From: a virus
Lineage: Duplodnaviria; Caudoviricetes
Direction: 5' to 3' (one strand)
Length of the DNA stretch: 37,551 bases
IMG/VR virus record: IMGVR_UViG_3300021425_000081
Span: 1-37,551 of that record
Part shown: piece after piece, positions 1 through 7,642 of the stretch
Layout of the letters: each line of letters opens with the position of its first letter
How positions within the stretch are numbered: the stretch's first letter is position 1
Position numbers and translations under genes: made by a program
Notes under the pieces: generated by a model
What the model saw: only the letters and a program-made list of their open reading frames with translations
Databases searched by the model: none
What the model was told of the DNA's origin: nothing

Positions 1-811
1 TGCCGATTCGATCCTTAATGGTGACTTGCAAGGCCGAGATGTTGTCCTCGATTTGCTTTTTTGCCGCCATGAAGTCGCGCAAAGTAGACACGCAGTCCAG
101 GGTGTCCTCGTCAGCCTCGACCGACGAATCCTCGCTAACCGGAAACTTGGCCGCGACGTCGTCGTCATTGATCGAGGGCGGAGCGATGTCTTCCACGACG
201 TGGAAATTCCAGAACAGATCGAGCGCATCGATCATTTCTTGCTCGCGTTCGTGGTCACGCTGAAGCTCGTACATTCGGAAGTCGTTACCGCCGAGCAGAA
301 CGCACACAAACCAGGTGTCGTAATCCAAGACCGCCATATAGTGACGGCACTGCGCTTCATACGACGGCGGGATGATAGGCGTCGGCCCAGTAACAACCAA
401 GCCATTGTCATCGACCTGAATGGTTTGCGACGGGCCCCAATCGCCGGCGACATACGCGCTGCCGGTTTTGATTTCCAGGCCAGCCTTTAGCTTGACGCCA
501 AAGCACTCAAGCCCGACACACACCCGATCGACATTTGCCAGCATCCAGGGATACGCGGCATGGCGGAAGGTTTGGTTGCGGACTTGCACCTTGATACCGG
601 TGCGACGAGCAAACTCGTCAGCGACAACGCCCTCGAGGACGTTACCAAAGTGAACGGATTGATTGCCGGAAAGATCGGCAGGCTCAACACGCTGGGTTTT
701 TTCTTGCCAAAGCTCAAACGGCGTTCGGTATTTGTTGAGGCGGAGTACCGTACCGGCATCCGACCCACCCAAACCCGACAGGCGCTCTTGCAGTTTTTCT
801 TGTGACAGCAT
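1..811 (-). CDS. YqaJ-like viral recombinase / lambda-exonuclease family protein (3' end runs off window)
   Basis: Not in the ORF track; translated by hand from ATG at 811 (AGGAG RBS upstream): MLSQEKLQERLSGLGGSDAGTVLRLNKYRTPFELWQEKT...HFGNVLE...PWMLANVDR...GLEIKT...YEAQCRHYMAVL...LLGGNDFR. Open to base 1. Has the GGSD, D..ExK and Q..YM motifs of YqaJ. Confidence 0.9.
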   Translation of the reverse strand, partial: MLSQEKLQERLSGLGGSDAGTVLRLNKYRTPFELWQEKTQRVEPADLSGNQSVHFGNVLEGVVADEFARRTGIKVQVRNQTFRHAAYPWMLANVDRVCVGLECFGVKLKAGLEIKTGSAYVAGDWGPSQTIQVDDNGLVVTGPTPIIPPSYEAQCRHYMAVLDYDTWFVCVLLGGNDFRMYELQRDHEREQEMIDALDLFWNFHVVEDIAPPSINDDDVAAKFPVSEDSSVEADEDTLDCVSTLRDFMAAKKQIEDNISALQVTIKDRIG

Positions 812-830
812 AAGCAATCTCCTAGGTTTA

Positions 831-919
831 ACCGGTTTTATTACCGGATTACCAGAGATTACCTAAAACTAACAACCAAATACAAGCAAAAAAGACTACT
901 TTACCGGTATTTTACCGGC
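831..919 (-). promoter_or_regulatory. Leftward sigma70-like promoter with clustered ACCGG boxes
   Basis: On the minus strand TTGTAT (885-880), 18 nt, TAATCT (861-856). ACCGGN boxes at 831, 843, 903 and 914 in AT-rich DNA. Confidence 0.55.
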
Positions 920-1578
920 TAACATAACCAACCAAGGGCATAGACCTTTCCGCACAACAACGCAGGGGCCACACCCTCGGGGAGAACAGCATTTTGATAG
1001 TCGGCGTAATTAGAAAACAGACTACACTCGATCGAGCGATCGCCGACCTTGGCATGGTGCGTAAGGTAGCGCTTACCGCCGATCGACTTGTAGATCCTGA
1101 ACTCAGCACGGTCGCAATTAGGCAAAACCACCAGAACGATATCGCCAGGGCGCGGATCAAGCGAGGGATCGACGAACCCCATGCAATTTTCGGCCCTGGT
1201 GTTACCCAACAACTCGGCCGACATTTCATCGATGTGGACAGTAAAGGAATTGTTACCACAGGGGACCGGCGAGCAAGCCAGATAATCGATGACCGAGTCG
1301 ACGTGACTGGCATCCATCATTCGGAGCGCTGCCGACTCCAGATCGTAGTGGGGCAGGGCGCCAGTGTTTCCATTCGACGGCGCACCGCTTCCAGTTTGAA
1401 TCCACTCCAGGTTTTCATCAAGCGCAACAACGATTGCGGGCAAGAATTTAGAACGAGGAACTTCCTGTTTCTCGATATCGACGATTGTTTGTTGAGAACA
1501 ACCGACAACTTCGGCCAAAGCCTTCTGCGTGATTCCACGCCGACGACGAGCCATTCTTATTCGCTCACCACCGCTCAC
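919..1578 (-). CDS. CI-like repressor (XRE HTH plus degenerate S24-like C-terminal domain)
   Basis: N-terminal ERIRMARRRRGITQKALAEVVGCSQQTIVDIE...LEWIQTG HTH. C-terminal SFTVHI...FVDPSLDPRPGDIVLV...RYL...LCGKV resembles the S24 fold. Divergent from the replication genes. Confidence 0.85.
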   Translation of the reverse strand: MSGGERIRMARRRRGITQKALAEVVGCSQQTIVDIEKQEVPRSKFLPAIVVALDENLEWIQTGSGAPSNGNTGALPHYDLESAALRMMDASHVDSVIDYLACSPVPCGNNSFTVHIDEMSAELLGNTRAENCMGFVDPSLDPRPGDIVLVVLPNCDRAEFRIYKSIGGKRYLTHHAKVGDRSIECSLFSNYADYQNAVLPEGVAPALLCGKVYALGWLC

Positions 1579-1644
1579 TACATACCCCTGCCATTAAGGC
1601 GTCTAACAAATGTCCGTACAGCGGGACCGTATCACAACACGCTT

Positions 1645-1698
1645 ACCGGTGTCTACAAGTACGCTTGGCTTTTACCGGACAGCCTGTAATTATCCACA
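1645..1698 (+). promoter_or_regulatory. Rightward promoter region with ACCGG boxes and a DnaA box
   Basis: TTGGCT (1665-1670), 17 nt, AATTAT (1688-1693). TTACCGG boxes with ACCGG at 1645 and 1674. TTATCCACA at 1690-1698. Confidence 0.5.
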
Positions 1699-1718
1699 TA
1701 ACACTTTAGAGGTAGAAC

Positions 1719-2426
1719 GTGCCCATTAATAAAGCCATACCCACCACTTTACACAACCAGAGCAGGGCCTACGTCGTGGTTCCCAGCGACCAGCTGGCGC
1801 GAATTGGGAACAGCGACGCGGTCGCTATTTGGTCTTACCTCTTAGACAAACCGCAAAACTGGATACCCAGGCGAAGCGACATCATGGACCGATTTGGCCT
1901 TGGCCGGCACCGATACGATAAAGCGATCGCCGAACTAAAACAGCTGGGATTGGTGTGGATTGAGGAAACCAGGAACGACCAGGGACAGATCGTCACCAGG
2001 GCTTTGTGCGTTTCGAGCGACCCAAGGTCGGAAAACGAACAATTGGGTGGCGATCACCCAAGGTCGGAAAACCCACAAGTAGGTAAATCCGACCACTTAA
2101 ACAGAACAGACTACTTAAACATGAAAGAACTACTACAGGAGCCGCCAGCGAACACGCGCAGGAAGCTCCAACCCGACTGGCTACCCAGCCAGGAACTCGT
2201 CGAGCGGTGCATCAATCTCGGGCTCACCATAGAAGACCCAGACTTTGCTGTTCGCGAATTTGTCGATTACTGGACCAACAAAACCACAGCCAGGACAAAC
2301 AGGGGCTGGGACACCACCTGGATCAATTACGTGAAGATGGTGAACAAGAAAGGAATGAAGCATGAAAAACGAACTAGCACCGACCTCATCGCGCAAGACT
2401 TCGAGCGGGCCTTCTCGGGCGGGTGA
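1719..2426 (+). CDS. Replication initiator (lambda O-like; N-terminal wHTH, C-terminal DnaT-like domain)
   Basis: N-terminal AIWSYLLDKPQNW...AIAELKQLGLV wHTH; internal DNA repeats; C-terminal DWLPS...EFVDYW...WDTTWINYV. GAGG RBS before GTG. Position next to repressor. Confidence 0.75.
   Translation: MPINKAIPTTLHNQSRAYVVVPSDQLARIGNSDAVAIWSYLLDKPQNWIPRRSDIMDRFGLGRHRYDKAIAELKQLGLVWIEETRNDQGQIVTRALCVSSDPRSENEQLGGDHPRSENPQVGKSDHLNRTDYLNMKELLQEPPANTRRKLQPDWLPSQELVERCINLGLTIEDPDFAVREFVDYWTNKTTARTNRGWDTTWINYVKMVNKKGMKHEKRTSTDLIAQDFERAFSGG
2020..2072 (+). repeat. 17-bp direct repeat, probable origin iterons
   Basis: ACCCAAGGTCGGAAAAC at 2020-2036 and 2056-2072 inside the initiator gene, followed by related sequence (AAATCCGACC, an inverted partial copy) and an A-rich stretch. 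Confidence 0.7.
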
Positions 2427-2868
2427 TTTAGCGCAAAGCACACCGGAGTACATTCGCCAGCTATCGAAGCAGACCGTCTCCCACGTCCCCGAGCTTTCAC
2501 CGGAGGACGCTAAAACAATGGCCGCGGTCTTTACCAGGATGAAGTCGATCTACGGCCACCTTTGGTCGTCCAACTTCCGAGAGGAAAGCCAGCTACGCCT
2601 GGCGCAGGCCGAATGGATCGCCGCGTTTAGAAGGGCAAGCCTGAGCCAGGGCGACGTCAGCAAGGCCCTGGATTGGCTCGTCACCAACAAAACCGACATG
2701 CCCAACCTTCCGGCCTTCATGGAAGTCGCCAGGATGATGAAGCACCAGCGGATTCAATCGATGCCCAGGGCGCTGCCGAAGAAAAAGACCGAGGAAGAAC
2801 TGGAAGCCGAGCGCGAAATTGCTTTGAAGGAAATGACGAAAATTAAGGCAATTCTTACTAAAAATTAA
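2362..2868 (+). CDS. Replication protein P-like helicase loader
   Basis: VFTRMKSIYGHLWSSNF...AQAEWIAAF...MPNLPAF pattern typical of lambda P-like proteins; follows the O-like gene. Alternative start at 2518 (GGAGG upstream). Confidence 0.65.
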   Translation: MKNELAPTSSRKTSSGPSRAGDLAQSTPEYIRQLSKQTVSHVPELSPEDAKTMAAVFTRMKSIYGHLWSSNFREESQLRLAQAEWIAAFRRASLSQGDVSKALDWLVTNKTDMPNLPAFMEVARMMKHQRIQSMPRALPKKKTEEELEAEREIALKEMTKIKAILTKN

Positions 2869-2948
2869 ATAAATAAGACAAAAGTGACGGCGCATTATTA
2901 AATGTTACGGGTTTTTTTCAAAAAATGACGAATATTTATATTTAATTG

Positions 2949-3021
2949 TTGCACCGGTAAATCTCTGCCTGTTACCTTGTACAAAACAAGCGTTAAACAC
3001 TACAAAAACCGGACAACCGGT
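2949..3021 (+). promoter_or_regulatory. Sigma70-like promoter with ACCGG boxes
   Basis: TTGCAC (2949-2954), 18 nt, extended TG-n-TACCTT (2973-2978). ACCGG boxes at 2953, 3008 and 3016. AT-rich UP-like tract upstream. Confidence 0.5.
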
Positions 3022-3074
3022 ATTCATTAACCTGGGCACACACACTCAACCTCGATGTATCGGAGTAAGGTTTA

Positions 3075-3305
3075 GTGCAAGACAGCGAACAAACATACGC
3101 ACATCGTGTCGCCCAGGCAGTCACGCAACACCCAGGGCGCACGTCACGCGAACTTTCAAAGTACACGGACATCGATCGGTTTACCCTGGCGCGGCTTTTG
3201 CCACAGCTGGAGCGCAACCAAAAGTCCGTCCAGCGAGGCGACCCCCGAGTTTGTAGCGTTTCCCAGCGAATCGTACTCACGTGGTGGCCTAACGAGGCCG
3301 GCTAA
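3075..3305 (+). CDS. Small winged-helix DNA-binding protein
   Basis: AVTQHPGRTSRELS...LARLLPQLER...VQRG wHTH pattern; GGAG/AAGG RBS; stop overlaps next start. Confidence 0.6.
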   Translation: MQDSEQTYAHRVAQAVTQHPGRTSRELSKYTDIDRFTLARLLPQLERNQKSVQRGDPRVCSVSQRIVLTWWPNEAG

Positions 3306-3751
3306 TGCTGGTCGTGGGTATCGATCCAGGCGCAACCGGCGCCCTCGCATTTATTGACGACCGCGACGGCTTGATGGCGGTCTACGACATGCCGACCACC
3401 AAAAACAAGCAAGGCAAGAACCTGGTCAACGCCACGTTACTCGCCCAGCTGTTGCGCGTCGAACAACCCAAAAAAGCAATCATCGAACGAGTCAGCGCGA
3501 TGCCAGGGCAAGGCGTCACGTCGATGTTTAATTTCGGCATGGGGTACGGCGTCGTTTTAGGCGTGATCGCCAGCCTTGGCATACCGCACGAGTTAGTCAC
3601 ACCACAGACCTGGAAGCGAGCCGCGGGCCTGATTGGCGCGGACAAGGACTACGCCAGGACAAAGGTGCTGGAAATGTACCCGCACGCCGACGTCGCACGC
3701 AAAAAGGACATCGGCCGAGCGGACGCGATATTGATCGCAAGGTACGGGTAG
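3305..3751 (+). CDS. RuvC-like Holliday junction resolvase
   Basis: VVGIDPG, IIERV, F.FG..YG, VTPQTWK and ADAILIA motifs. Confidence 0.9.
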   Translation: MLVVGIDPGATGALAFIDDRDGLMAVYDMPTTKNKQGKNLVNATLLAQLLRVEQPKKAIIERVSAMPGQGVTSMFNFGMGYGVVLGVIASLGIPHELVTPQTWKRAAGLIGADKDYARTKVLEMYPHADVARKKDIGRADAILIARYG

Positions 3752-3753
3752 CC

Positions 3754-4227
3754 ATGACGACCACTTGCGAACTCATCGAAATCATCGGAAAGGACGCAGT
3801 GACCAGGCTACAGCAAGCGATGGGGCCCGCGAGTGTTTATTTGCCTACGAAGGCAAGCCACACGCACCCGATATCGCACGCCATCGGATTCCTAGCAATG
3901 CAACAGCTTTGCAACTGGTTCGGCGGCTCGATGATTTGGATAGGGAACGGATACGCGAAGACAAAACGCAATCAGGAAATTTCCCAACTACTAACAGCAG
4001 GGGTACACGCTCAAGATTGTGCGGCGATGTTTGGCATTACGACCAGGCAAATTAGGGTAGTCGCTGCGCTCGAAGAACCACTGCCAACTTTCGGGCTTAC
4101 CAGGCGACGTATTAGGGGTTACGTCCAGGGAAGCCAAAGGCATGACAGATCAGAACGGCGCAGACCTACCAACGGTTCAACTGAGGGAGAACTTCGCGGT
4201 CCTCCGGCATCGGGTGGATCGACTTGA
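3754..4227 (+). CDS. Mor/C-family transcription activator (late regulator)
   Basis: ELIEIIG...L...G..VYLP, IG....QL...FGG, RNQEI...G....CA..FGITTRQIR: duplicated dimerisation-type motif plus C-terminal HTH. Sits just before the lysis genes. Confidence 0.75.
   Translation: MTTTCELIEIIGKDAVTRLQQAMGPASVYLPTKASHTHPISHAIGFLAMQQLCNWFGGSMIWIGNGYAKTKRNQEISQLLTAGVHAQDCAAMFGITTRQIRVVAALEEPLPTFGLTRRRIRGYVQGSQRHDRSERRRPTNGSTEGELRGPPASGGST
3973..4017 (+). promoter_or_regulatory. Putative activator-dependent late promoter (lysis), inside the activator gene
   Basis: CAGGAAATTTCCCA (11/14 match to GCGGAAGTTTCCCA), with CAAGAT starting 39 nt after the box start. Confidence 0.45.
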
Positions 4228-4477
4228 GGAACTCACGCCGAAGATTCTGAGAATGGAAAAAGAAATCCTCGTAATCACCGAAAAGCTCGAAAGCCAGACC
4301 GAGCGACTTACCGGCATTGCGGAGGATTGCAGTGAAGTCCGAAACGATATCAGTGCCCTGACCAGGCACATCGATCGGGCGATGTGGATCGGCGCCGGCG
4401 TTGTTGTAACCGCGTCGTTCATTACCGGCATGGGAGCGGCAGGATGGCAGTCAATGTTACGGATTTTCACAGGCTAA
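4142..4477 (+). CDS. Coiled-coil protein with C-terminal transmembrane helix (lysis module, holin-associated/XhlA-like)
   Basis: Heptad-rich body, then AMWIGAGVVVTASFITGMGAAGW; lies directly upstream of the endolysin. Confidence 0.55.
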   Translation: MTDQNGADLPTVQLRENFAVLRHRVDRLEELTPKILRMEKEILVITEKLESQTERLTGIAEDCSEVRNDISALTRHIDRAMWIGAGVVVTASFITGMGAAGWQSMLRIFTG

Positions 4478-5058
4478 ATTACGACTCGCTCCAGCGGCGG
4501 CTAACCGAGCTTGGCTTTCCGTTTTACGACAACGGCAACTACAACCTCAACCTAATCGGAATCCGTACCAGGGACAACACGTCCAACGAATTCAACGACC
4601 TCCTCGTAGTCGCCTACCGCAACGAAGGCGTCGGCACCCTTAACATCTTTCCCATTACCACCGACCCAGGGCTTTACTACCGCGAGAACCCGATCAACGT
4701 AGCCGGCACCGCCATCCTGGCGCCAGGCCATTACCGCGGGCTTTGGGCATTAGGTAAACACCAGGGCAAATACGACGCCCTGGTTCAGATCGCCAACTGC
4801 ACCGTTTACCGCGACAACAACCGCGACGAGGTCCTGGACTTTTGCCCGACCATGGCAGACGACGGGCTCCACGGCATCAACCTTCACAAAGCAGGGCTTG
4901 ACAGCACCCAGGTCGATCGCTGGTCCGCCGGTTGCCAGGTATTCCAGAAAGACCACGACTTCGCCATTTTGATGGCCCTCGTCCAGCGAGCCAAAGGCAA
5001 ATGGGGCCCGACGTTTTCATACACCCTAATCGACGAGGAACTGGTCTATGGCCTTTGA
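4444..5058 (+). CDS. Putative endolysin with L,D-transpeptidase (YkuD)-like His/Cys motif
   Basis: GINLHKAG...WSAGCQV motif; also NLIGIR, TTDPG and VYRDNNRD. Likely start is ATG 4444 (GGAG upstream) rather than 4384. Lies between two membrane-protein genes. Confidence 0.6.
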   Translation: MAVNVTDFHRLNYDSLQRRLTELGFPFYDNGNYNLNLIGIRTRDNTSNEFNDLLVVAYRNEGVGTLNIFPITTDPGLYYRENPINVAGTAILAPGHYRGLWALGKHQGKYDALVQIANCTVYRDNNRDEVLDFCPTMADDGLHGINLHKAGLDSTQVDRWSAGCQVFQKDHDFAILMALVQRAKGKWGPTFSYTLIDEELVYGL

Positions 5059-5563
5059 TTGGAAAAAGACCGTCGCAACGGTAGCGCCCACTATTGCCAC
5101 CGCCCTGGGCGGACCCCTGGCAGGCGTGGCGGTCAAGATCGCAGGCGAGGCCCTGGGGTTACCCGACGCAAACGAGGACGCGCTGCAGGCCGCAGTCGCC
5201 AGCGGTGACCCGAGCGTCCTGGTCAAGCTCAAAGAGGCCGAAATCGATTTTGACAAACGGATGCGCGAGCTAGACGTCGACATCGAGCGCATTCACCAGC
5301 AAGACCGTGTGAGCGCCAGGGGCCTCGCAAGCAACCGAGGCATAGCACCGCAAGGGATTTTGTCGATCGTTTTCGTGTGCGGCTTTGTGGCGATCCTGTG
5401 GGCCATTTTTACGGACAACGCGCTCATCCAGGGAAACCTAATGGAGCCCGCCATGTACCTACTCGGCATTTTAAGCGCGGGACTCACCCAGGTAATGAAT
5501 TTTTGGTTCGGCTCAAGCGCCGGTAGTAAAGACAAAACGCTCAAGATGGGACAAACGACATGA
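5048..5563 (+). CDS. Putative holin
   Basis: VAPTIATALGGPLAG N-terminus, DRVSAR, two C-terminal TM segments ending NFWFGSSAGS; overlaps the endolysin stop. Confidence 0.7.
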   Translation: MAFDWKKTVATVAPTIATALGGPLAGVAVKIAGEALGLPDANEDALQAAVASGDPSVLVKLKEAEIDFDKRMRELDVDIERIHQQDRVSARGLASNRGIAPQGILSIVFVCGFVAILWAIFTDNALIQGNLMEPAMYLLGILSAGLTQVMNFWFGSSAGSKDKTLKMGQTT

Positions 5564-5835
5564 GGAACAACCTCCCCGACATTTGGATAACCCGCATCGG
5601 CGACGCATTCAGCCAGCTGGTCAACGTGCTTTTTTTATTTGGCCGAGCCAACGAATCCGTAAGCGGCCGCGCCGGCAGGATCGTCGGCATTGAGAACAGC
5701 AAGCACTGGGGATGGCTGGCCGTTTACCACACCGTCAATTTCATTTTTTACCCGCTCCAGGACGATCACTGCGTCAGCGCCTACCTGGCTGACCTTAAGC
5801 GAGCCCAGCGCACGATCGAGATGGTGACCGAGTGA
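5560..5835 (+). CDS. Conserved phage hypothetical protein
   Basis: SQLVNVL...NESVSGR...DHC pattern; 4-nt overlaps with both neighbours. Confidence 0.65.
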   Translation: MRNNLPDIWITRIGDAFSQLVNVLFLFGRANESVSGRAGRIVGIENSKHWGWLAVYHTVNFIFYPLQDDHCVSAYLADLKRAQRTIEMVTE

Positions 5836-7160
5836 GCGATATTTGGCAGAACCGCATCACCGGCGAAGGCGTCGAAGATCCAACGCAACTGCTGGCGAAC
5901 CCGTACAACTGGCGCAAACACCCCGAGTACCAGAAAAAGGCACTCCGAGGTGCGCTCAACGAGGTGGGATGGGTACAGCGGACCATCGTCAACACCCGAA
6001 CCGGCCACCTGGTCGACGGCCACCTGCGGGTGGAGCTTGCGCTCGAGGACGGCGCTGCCGAAGTGCCCGTCGTTTACGTCGACCTTAGCGAGGAAGAAGA
6101 ACGCATTGCCCTGGCATCGCTCGACAGTATCACCAACCTCGCCGAAACCGACCAGGGGATGATCGAGAGCCTGCTTACCATCACCGAGGTCCAGAACGAC
6201 GACCTGGCTGCATTCCTGGATACATTGGTCCATCACGCCGAGGTGGACGAGGAAACCGAGGGTGAAACTGACCCCGACGCCGTACCGGACGTCCACGGGA
6301 CCAGAATCAGCCAGCCAGGCGACATATGGCTTTGCGGCGAGCATAGGGTCATGTGTGGCGACAGCACCGTGTGGGACGATGTGGAGCGCCTGTGCAGGGA
6401 CGCCGCGATCGACCTAGTGTGGACCGATCCACCGTACAACGTCGACTACGAGGGCGGCACCGGCCTCAAGATTGCCAACGACAACATGGGCAACGACCAA
6501 TTCAGGCAGTTTTTACACGACGCCTTCACTACCGCTTTCATGGCAACCAAGCCAGGCGGGCCCATTTACATCGCGCACGCCGACAGCGAGGGCTACAACT
6601 TCCGCGGGGCAATGACCGACGCCGGCTGGGATTTGAAGCAAAACCTGATATGGGTCAAGAACTCCATGGTGCTAGGGCGCCAGGACTACCAATGGCAACA
6701 CGAACCCATCCTCTACGGGTGGAAGCCAGGGGCCGCGCATTGTTGGTACGGGGAATTCGACAAGAAAACCGTTATCGACGACTGCCCAAACGTCAAGGAT
6801 ATGGACAAAAGCGAACTGGTGAACCTGGTCCGAACGCTCCGCAACGCGCTCAACACCAGCGTCATCCGCGAGGACAAGCCCGCCAGGAACTCAGAACACC
6901 CCACGATGAAGCCGGTGGCATTAATCGTCCACATGCTTAAGAACAGCAGTCGACGCGGCGACACGGTCCTGGATTTATTCGGAGGAAGCGGTAGCACGCT
7001 GATCGCTGCCGAACGGTTAAGCCGCAAATCCAGGCTGATGGAGATGGACCCCGTCTATTGCGACGTCATCGTTCGACGATTCATGGAATACACCGAACAG
7101 GAAGCCTACCTGGAAAGCACCGGAGAGGCGTTCAGTCAAATTAAGAGGGTTGATGCATAG
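5832..7160 (+). CDS. ParB-like N-terminal domain fused to N6-adenine/N4-cytosine DNA methyltransferase
   Basis: ParB-like NPYNWRKHP...LVDGHLRV; MTase motifs TDPPY, HPTMKP and VLDLFGGSGST (beta-class order). Confidence 0.92.
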   Translation: MSDIWQNRITGEGVEDPTQLLANPYNWRKHPEYQKKALRGALNEVGWVQRTIVNTRTGHLVDGHLRVELALEDGAAEVPVVYVDLSEEEERIALASLDSITNLAETDQGMIESLLTITEVQNDDLAAFLDTLVHHAEVDEETEGETDPDAVPDVHGTRISQPGDIWLCGEHRVMCGDSTVWDDVERLCRDAAIDLVWTDPPYNVDYEGGTGLKIANDNMGNDQFRQFLHDAFTTAFMATKPGGPIYIAHADSEGYNFRGAMTDAGWDLKQNLIWVKNSMVLGRQDYQWQHEPILYGWKPGAAHCWYGEFDKKTVIDDCPNVKDMDKSELVNLVRTLRNALNTSVIREDKPARNSEHPTMKPVALIVHMLKNSSRRGDTVLDLFGGSGSTLIAAERLSRKSRLMEMDPVYCDVIVRRFMEYTEQEAYLESTGEAFSQIKRVDA

Positions 7161-7642
7161 TGGTTGATACCGACGACAGAAAAGCCAAGGCCCGCGCCAG
7201 GCGAATCCAAGCCCAGGAAAACCGATCCAGGGCGGTGGAGCTTCGCAAGCTAGGCATGAGCTACCAGGAAATCGGCAAGCAACTGGGTATCAGCGCCCAG
7301 GCGGCACACAAGACAGTCCAAAAGGCGATGACCGAGGTCAAGGCACGCCAGGAAGATGACGCCAAGATCGCCAAGACCCTGGAGCTAGAAAAGCTCGACA
7401 ACGTCGAAATGCGCCTCTGGACCGAGAGCAAGACCGCGGCAGTGCCCGCATTCAACACAATGCTCAAGGTGTTTGAGCGCAGGGCCCGCCTGATGGGCCT
7501 GGATGCCCCCGTAAAGCACGCCAGCACCAACATCGAAGGCACGGAGACCATCGATCAAAGAATCCGAGAGATGAGCGACAGCGAGATCCAGGCACGCCTC
7601 GACGAATTGAACGAGAAGCTCCATGGCGAGTCCGTACATTGA
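7160..7642 (+). CDS. Terminase small subunit (HTH)
   Basis: AVELRKLGMSYQEIGKQLGIS HTH and RRARLMGLDAP; directly upstream of and overlapping the large subunit. Confidence 0.75.
   Translation: MVDTDDRKAKARARRIQAQENRSRAVELRKLGMSYQEIGKQLGISAQAAHKTVQKAMTEVKARQEDDAKIAKTLELEKLDNVEMRLWTESKTAAVPAFNTMLKVFERRARLMGLDAPVKHASTNIEGTETIDQRIREMSDSEIQARLDELNEKLHGESVH

Noticed and set aside
18-866. Short ORFs listed in the track at the left end
   Set aside because: They are shadows of the minus-strand YqaJ gene (811 to <1), which the track missed because it has no stop in the window.
994-1689. 231-aa plus-strand ORF
   Set aside because: Antisense to the repressor, with no motifs or RBS.
1610-1729. Possible tiny cro ORF
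   Set aside because: 39 codons, no RBS, no HTH pattern, and it overlaps the promoter.
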